NCBI RefSeq assembly: GCF_021057185.1
Contig: NZ_CP054059.1
Span: 720,001-752,000 of the forward strand
Length of the DNA stretch: 32,000 nucleotides
Source of the DNA: Candidatus Absconditicoccus praedator
GTDB taxonomy: Bacteria; Patescibacteriota; Gracilibacteria; Absconditabacterales; Absconditicoccaceae
Direction: 5' to 3'
Shown here in pieces: positions 25,040 through 32,000 of the stretch. The notes under the pieces were generated by a model that made no database searches, was not told the DNA's origin, and saw only the letters and a list, made by a program, of their open reading frames with translations. The number at the start of each line of letters is the position of its first letter. Position 1 is the stretch's first letter. A program made the position numbers and the translations under genes.

Positions 25040-26923
25040 TTATTTTTTTGAATCCTCTTCTCATTGCTCCTCAAGAGTAAGTCATACAAGACTATCCTCT
25101 TTTCAAGTGTCATCCTTAACATTTCAGGAGCTATCTCTATTTATATACACAAACATTGGAATTATCATAGGGATTCTTCATAGAATTTTTACAACATAAT
25201 CTCATAACTCTTCTTTAATCACCTTAAGAACCTCCTTTGTATTTGAATTTTTCTTAGAAAGCTCATTATATCTTTTCTTAACAAATTCAATAATATTTGT
25301 ATGCACTTTTTTAACTTCAGAAGAATATACAAATCATCTTGATTCAATTTGTATATTTCATACCAGCTCTCTAGTTTTAGAATCTATTTTAAATATTAAA
25401 TTTACTACTCAATTCTCAGACATAATTTTTCTTGCCTTCATCACATACTCTCCAGAAAGATGACCAATTCATTTACCATCTACCATGACTGTATCAAGCT
25501 TTAATTTTTCATCTGACAACACCAACTCGTCATCGTACATCTCAATTATCGCTCAATTCTCAACCGGCATCAAAATATTTTCTTCAGGTATTCACATATC
25601 CATTGCAAGATTTTTGTGAGCATATCTCATTCTTGCATCTGTATAAAATGGCAGAAAATATTCTGGTTTAATTAAATTTATCATAAGCTTATGATCTTCT
25701 TGATAACCATGTCAACTTGCATGTATATCAAGATCATCATTTGTTATAAGATTTATTTTTCTAACTACAAGATCGTTAAGCATCTTGGATACATCTGCCT
25801 CATTTCAAGGTATAGTAGAAGCTGACACCAAAACAGTATCTTGCTCTCTTAAACGAAAATTGGCATGTTCTCATCTTGATATTCTTGCAAGACCACTGAA
25901 TTCTTCTCACTGAGCTCATGTGGACAATATTACCACTCTTTCTGGAGGCATATTTTCTACATCACTACTTAATTTACGAACACATCACCTTGGCACATCA
26001 AGATATCAAAGCTTTTGACATATCTCTACATTATTAAGCATCGATCTTCATTCCAAAAATACCACCTTATCATACTTTATAGCATTTTCTATTATTTGAA
26101 TTATTCTTCAAACATTGGAAGCAAAAGTAGCTATTATAAGTCTAGATGGAACAGTTTTTATAATTTCTTCTAGATTTTGTCATATTACTTTTTCTGACAA
26201 AGCCCATCATTTTCTCTCTGCACCCAGACTATCTCACACATAAAGCCTAACTCACTCCAATCATATCCTTGCTATTTTTCAAAGATCTGCTGGCTTATCT
26301 ATCGCTGGAGTATAATCTATTTTGAAGTCCGCAGAATTAAATATTAGTCACTTTGGAGTATGTATAGCTAAAGCTAATGTTTCTGGTATATTATGGTTGA
26401 CTCCTACAAATTCAATACTAAAACATCATAGTTTTATTATGTCACTTTCTGGATTAATTATTTGATGCTTTATTTTTGGAACATCTTTTGGATCAGCAAA
26501 TGTTTTCTTTATGATTCATAAAGTTAAAGGTGTTGTATAAACTTTAGGAAAATCAAGTTCAGGTAAAATATGCTTCAGCGCTCATATATGATCTAAATGT
26601 CAGTGAGTCAAAACAATTCATTTTATTTTATGTTTATTTTTCTTCAAGTATGAAATATCTGGAATAAGGTAATCAGCTCACATAGTTTCAGTTGCAGAAA
26701 ACTCCATACCTGCATCTACTATTATTATATCATCCTTATATTCTATAAACACGCACTGTCACACCTGTTCCAATCACAACAAATTTCATATTCTTACAGG
26801 TTCTTCTTTTCTATTACTTTTTGCTAACTTATTTGTTTTTGGTCTAACTGTATTCTTTGTATAATTTTTGCTTGTATTTTTAGAATTAAAATCTATTTTT
26901 ATATTAGAATTTCATTGCATCAT
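25040..26923 (-). CDS. rnj: Ribonuclease J, 627 aa
   Basis: It has the metallo-beta-lactamase motif IVLTHGHLDHIGAL (Gly encoded by TGA at 26600-26602), a beta-CASP region, and HASGHGYQEDHKLMINLIKPEYFLPFY. Confidence 0.9.
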
Positions 26924-26949
26924 TTGTTTTTTATATTTTAAATATTTAA

Positions 26950-27495
26950 ATGGTTAATAGTTTATTAAAAACTATAAAAAGTGATTGTTTTAATCAAAAT
27001 ATACCGCTCATAAGTAAGCCTTCAATGCATATCATCAAAAACCTACTATTAACAAACAAGCCCCAAAACTGCTTGGAGGTTTGATCAGCTATATGATACA
27101 GCATAATTTTTCAAGCATCTATTATTAACAACCGAGGAGGTAAAATTATATGATTTGAGATATCTACCAACTCTTACAGACAAGCTTTAAATAATGTTTT
27201 TAGATCAAACCTAAATAATATATTACTTATTAACTATAATTTTACCAAATTCCCTATAAACCAAATTATAAACGATATAGATTTTATTTTTATAGATGCT
27301 AGAAAAGCAGAATATTTGGATTGTCTACTGAAAATTATGCCGTACCTTAAGGAATGAAGCTTAGTAGTTTTTGATGACGTAATGCAGTTTAAAGATAAGA
27401 TACATAATTTATATTCATTTATTAAAAAAAATCAACTAATTTATGAAATAATTTCTTCCGAAAAAAGTGACTGAATTCTTATAATATATTTTTAA
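26950..27495 (+). CDS. Class I SAM-dependent O-methyltransferase (family 3, YrrM/TrmR-like), 181 aa
   Basis: It is on the plus strand and reads MVNSLLKTIK...CLEVGSAIGYSII (SAM motif I), IGFEIS, DFIFIDARKAEY and LKEGSLVVFDDV. Confidence 0.72.
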
Positions 27496-27505
27496 TAGCA
27501 GTTAA

Positions 27506-27892
27506 TTATTTTAAAGCATAACACTCTGAACTCAGTTCCATCTTTTCCAACTCAGACGGCAAATCTATCTTATCTTCTTCATAAATAAACTTTTCTGCAG
27601 AACAAAAGTCATCGTCTTCAAATACTTTCACAGAATCCACTATAGCAAAACTTTCTCAAGAAGTTTTTTTTATGAAATAACATAGTCAATTTTTTCAACT
27701 AATACATTTTATATAATTTCATTGAATATCATACTCACCTGGGTAATTTATTTTTTCAGAAGATTGTTTTCAATACAACACATCTTCTCATATATTATAA
27801 TTTAAATTGTACAGTCAATTTTGCTCTCAATCGGCTGAAAAATAAAACTCATCAGCTATAATATATCAATTATCTTTTTTTTCTATTTTCAT
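27506..27892 (-). CDS. Hypothetical protein, 128 aa
   Basis: Under table 25 the frame reads MKIEKKDNGYIIADEFYFSADGEQNGLYNLNYNIGEDVLYGK...SECYALK, with about 9 TGA read as Gly. I recognise no family. Confidence 0.45.
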
Positions 27893-27916
27893 ATAGTCAA
27901 TTTTAAGTATCTAAAT

Positions 27917-28318
27917 TTATCAAAAAAAGTTTGGGTTTAGCATATATAAGATCACTCATGAGGCTCACAATAGAAATATTCCAACTAAAACCCTTATAAT
28001 TAAATCCTTTCAGGTAGAAAAGGCTGACTGGTCTGCTCAAGACATAGTAATCATAACTCATCAGGCTACCAGCATAAAAAAACCAACAACGATAACAACT
28101 GTTACCAATATTTTAGTCATTCATCATATCAAAAAAGGAAATATTTCATCATCTTCAACATCACTCCCCTCTCATCAAATACAATTTCAAATAAAAGGAA
28201 CATGAGTGTTCAAACTAATTCAGTCACAATCATCTCACTCATCATCTCCATTTTCTGCATAAGCAAAATTGAAAGAAAACAATAGAATTGATATAAGAAG
28301 AAAAGTTATTTTTTTCAT
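27917..28318 (-). CDS. VirB2/TrbC-like pilin-type small membrane protein, 133 aa
   Basis: It has a signal peptide MKKITFLLISILLFSFNFAYA, an acidic Cys-containing linker (CDGISLNTHVPFIGNCI) and a TM-loop-TM hairpin FFMLVAGGVMITTMSGADQSAFSTGKDLIIRVLVGIFLL. Confidence 0.58.
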
Positions 28319-28329
28319 TTTTTTTGTTT

Positions 28330-28761
28330 TTATTTAAATTCATCTATTATTTTATTGAGAAGAGCTCAGTCTATTTGTGTTTTATCATAATGCTCAAATA
28401 TATTTTTTATTATTTGTCATTTTTGCTTTGCAACATCTTGAATTCCAAGCTTTTCTATAGTATTTTGAACAATATTTTTCAAATTCTCTTCTCAAATCAT
28501 CTCGGGCAAAAAACTTTCTAACAAATCCAGTTTTGCACTTTCCTGATTTATATCCTCTTCATTTTTTAAAAAGCCTATTTCCTCTTTTTTTTGCTTTATC
28601 TCTTTTTGGATAATTTTTACATACTCTTCATCTTTGAGTTCTCTTCAAAGCTCTTTTTCTTTATAAGCTATTTGAGACAATAAATAATTATACAACTCTT
28701 TTTTAGACACATCTTTTTCTTTCATAGCTTTTTTATATCATTCTTTTATACTACTTTTCAT
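28330..28761 (-). CDS. GatB/YqeY domain-containing protein, 143 aa
   Basis: It reads MKSSIKEGYKKAMKEKDVSKKELYNYLLSQIAYKEKELGRELKDEEYVKIIQKEIKQKKEE...FLPEMIGEENLKNIV...KQKGQIIKNI, a typical YqeY pattern. Confidence 0.78.
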
Positions 28762-28825
28762 TATTTTTCATAATAATAAATATATATAAAATTATATATA
28801 AGTTGTTAATTTTTGCAAGTTTTTA

Positions 28826-28860
28826 TAATAAAAAGGAACCAAACTCTATGTTTGGCTTCC
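28826..28860 (-). terminator. Terminator hairpin overlapping the yidC stop codon
   Basis: ggaaccaaac (28835-28844) pairs with gtttggcttcc (28850-28860), giving 10 bp with one bulge. On the minus strand it is followed by TTTTT. Confidence 0.55.
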
Positions 28861-29637
28861 TCCTTTTAATGACATTAGTTTTGCTTTTATTAGCTGTCTA
28901 TATTGAATACTAAATTGAATAACTCAGAACAATGTTGTGGTGGCAATATACAATCAAATTCAAGCAGGCATTGTGTATACAAAAAATGCCATCATAGTTG
29001 ATAATGCAATATTCATGTATCACATCATTTTTGTCATATCAGGCATATTTTCTGCTCAAGGCATGTTGGTTGGCATTGAAGGTCTATTAAGCATAGTAAG
29101 TTTCATTTGCAAAAACAACAACAAAGGAGCGATTATGGTTAGAGCTATTGATCAGGATGATAATAGGTCTATCCCAAAAAATACAGTATTTACTTGAGAA
29201 ATATCAACTCCTCTTACATTAATAAATTCTAAAAAACTATACAAATAAGTCATATCAAGCTTTCACTCTGTTTCCGAAAAGTTTCTAATAACAAAAAACA
29301 ACCCAATAAACACAGGAATTTGTACCAACAACATCAAACAACCTTTCAAAGGACCTGATCAATGCTTTTTAAAAACACTCATTGTTTCTTCAGCCATTTT
29401 TTGTTGATCATTTTTATATTTCTCTTGGATTTCTTTTAATTTTGGCTGAAGGTCGGTCATTTCTTTTTGCATTTTATTTCATGCAAGGGTTGGTTTAAGC
29501 AACAATAATCTTACAAAAAGAGTTAGTATGATTATTGCAACTCACAAATTTAGATTGAATATTACAAGAAACAAAAGCAAAAGATTGAATATTGGACGAT
29601 ATATTATTTCTACTATTACAAGAAAAAAAGGATTCAT
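28846..29637 (-). CDS. yidC: Membrane protein insertase YidC (short, Oxa1-like form), 263 aa
   Basis: It reads MNPFFLVIVEIIYRPIFNLL...AIIILTLFVRLLLLKPTLAGNKMQKEMTDLQPKLKEIQEKYKND...GCLMLLVQIPVFIGLF...MPAGIGLYIATTTLFGVIQ. Confidence 0.85.
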
Positions 29638-29677
29638 TAGTTATCAAAAATATTTAATTATAAATTCCTACAACAAA

Positions 29678-31090
<1,413 letters not shown>

Positions 31091-31129
31091 AGGTTTAAAA
31101 TTAACTATTTAAATTTTGTCCAAGCTACT

Positions 31130-31726
31130 TTAAGTACTAGTTTTATTGTTTTTCACATAATCTAGAATAACCTCTCACAAAGTCTCTACAAGAACATCAA
31201 ACTTGTCTGGCTCTACATAATTTTCCTGAGAATTTATACTATCTCTTATCTGCACAATATAATTCGTAACAGAACTTGGATTAGCAACCTCATAAAAAGT
31301 ATAAATCTCATCTTGTCTTTTAATTTTGAGGTTTCACTTACCTGAAACAATATCAAGTATTCAATTCTGCTCATCGTATACACTTTGGGCAGCATCTCGT
31401 TGAATATGTTCTGTATTTTGCCTCAAAAAACCCTCTCGCTTAAACAAGACAAGTCACTTATTAGTAACAACTATACAATCCAAATATATATCCAAAATAC
31501 TCACCATAAAAACAACATACAACAACAATCAAAGAACACCCAACACATAATCAAAATACCTCCATTCAAAATAAGCTCACAACAACTCATACACTAAAAA
31601 AAGCAGAGCCAACAAAAACAAATGTTTTACTATAGACTTTGTGTACTTCCAACTATGATGACCTATTACTTTATATATTTTTCTATCTGAAAGATGCTTA
31701 TTCAGAATAGAATTTCTAAATCACAT
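31130..31726 (-). CDS. Membrane protein with bacterial PH (bPH_2/YdbT-like) domain, 198 aa
   Basis: Two TM helices (LFLLALLFLVYELLGAY, VLGVLGLLLYVVFMVSIL) are followed by LDCIVVTNKGLVLFKREGFL...ILDIVSGKGNLKIK, the pattern of membrane-flanked PH domains. Confidence 0.5.
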
Positions 31727-31735
31727 TTATTATAA

Positions 31736-31963
31736 TTAATTAGATTTATTAATTTGATCTATTTTTTTCTGTCTTTCTAAGAACTTCTCCATTCTTCACT
31801 TAACAACTTTTGTTTCTTGCTTACCTGTATAAGTTGGATGACACGCTGGACAAGACTCAACTTTTATTGGTCAATCAGTTGCAGCCGCAACTTCAAACTT
31901 ATTTCAACATATACAATCCACTTCTACAGACCCATTATATTTAGCATGAATTCATTTTTTCAT
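31736..31963 (-). CDS. rpmE: 50S ribosomal protein L31 (Zn-ribbon type), 75 aa
   Basis: It reads MKKGIHAKYNGSVEVDCICGNKFEVAAATDGPIKVESCPACHPTYTGKQETKVVKGRMEKF, which contains the hallmark CHPFYTGKQ-like motif. Confidence 0.88.
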
Positions 31964-32000
31964 TTTTAATTCCTTAACAAAATAAATTATTTTCAAAGCT

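Overview
This is an AT-rich, very compact bacterial chromosome segment that only makes sense under translation table 25, where UGA encodes Gly. That code is known from the candidate phyla Gracilibacteria (BD1-5) and Absconditabacteria (SR1). The supplied standard-code ORF track is therefore badly fragmented. Reading through in-frame TGA joins the fragments into 31 back-to-back CDS, 29 of them on the minus strand, all ending in TAA or TAG, and TGA falls on invariant glycines of AtpD, DnaK, RNase J, MurF, SufB and S12. Contents from left to right: a GT2 glycosyltransferase, sufB and sufC, rnhA and a PrsW-like protease. Next comes a GC-rich rRNA block on the minus strand in the non-canonical order 23S-5S-16S, followed by murF. 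After that come two VirB2/TrbC-like pilin-type membrane proteins (one internally triplicated), a monocistronic dnaK with a CIRCE-like operator, and an 889-aa SbcC/Rad50-like ATPase with no nuclease partner. These are followed by a GT4 (WecA/MraY family) transferase, tRNA-Lys(UUU) and a non-canonical ribosomal protein cluster (rpsL, rpsG, two unknown small basic ORFs, rplS, L25/Ctc, rpmB). The right-hand part holds two very acidic secreted or anchored proteins, mltG, rnj, an O-methyltransferase, a third pilin-like protein, a YqeY-domain protein, yidC, an isolated atpD, a bPH-domain membrane protein and rpmE. I saw no CRISPR array, transposase, integrase or recognisable defence system. The strongest leads are the recoding, the permuted rRNA operon, the pilin-like paralog family and a conserved promoter module shared by the rRNA operon and dnaK. 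All coordinates and translations were derived by hand from the sequence and should be re-run computationally with table 25.
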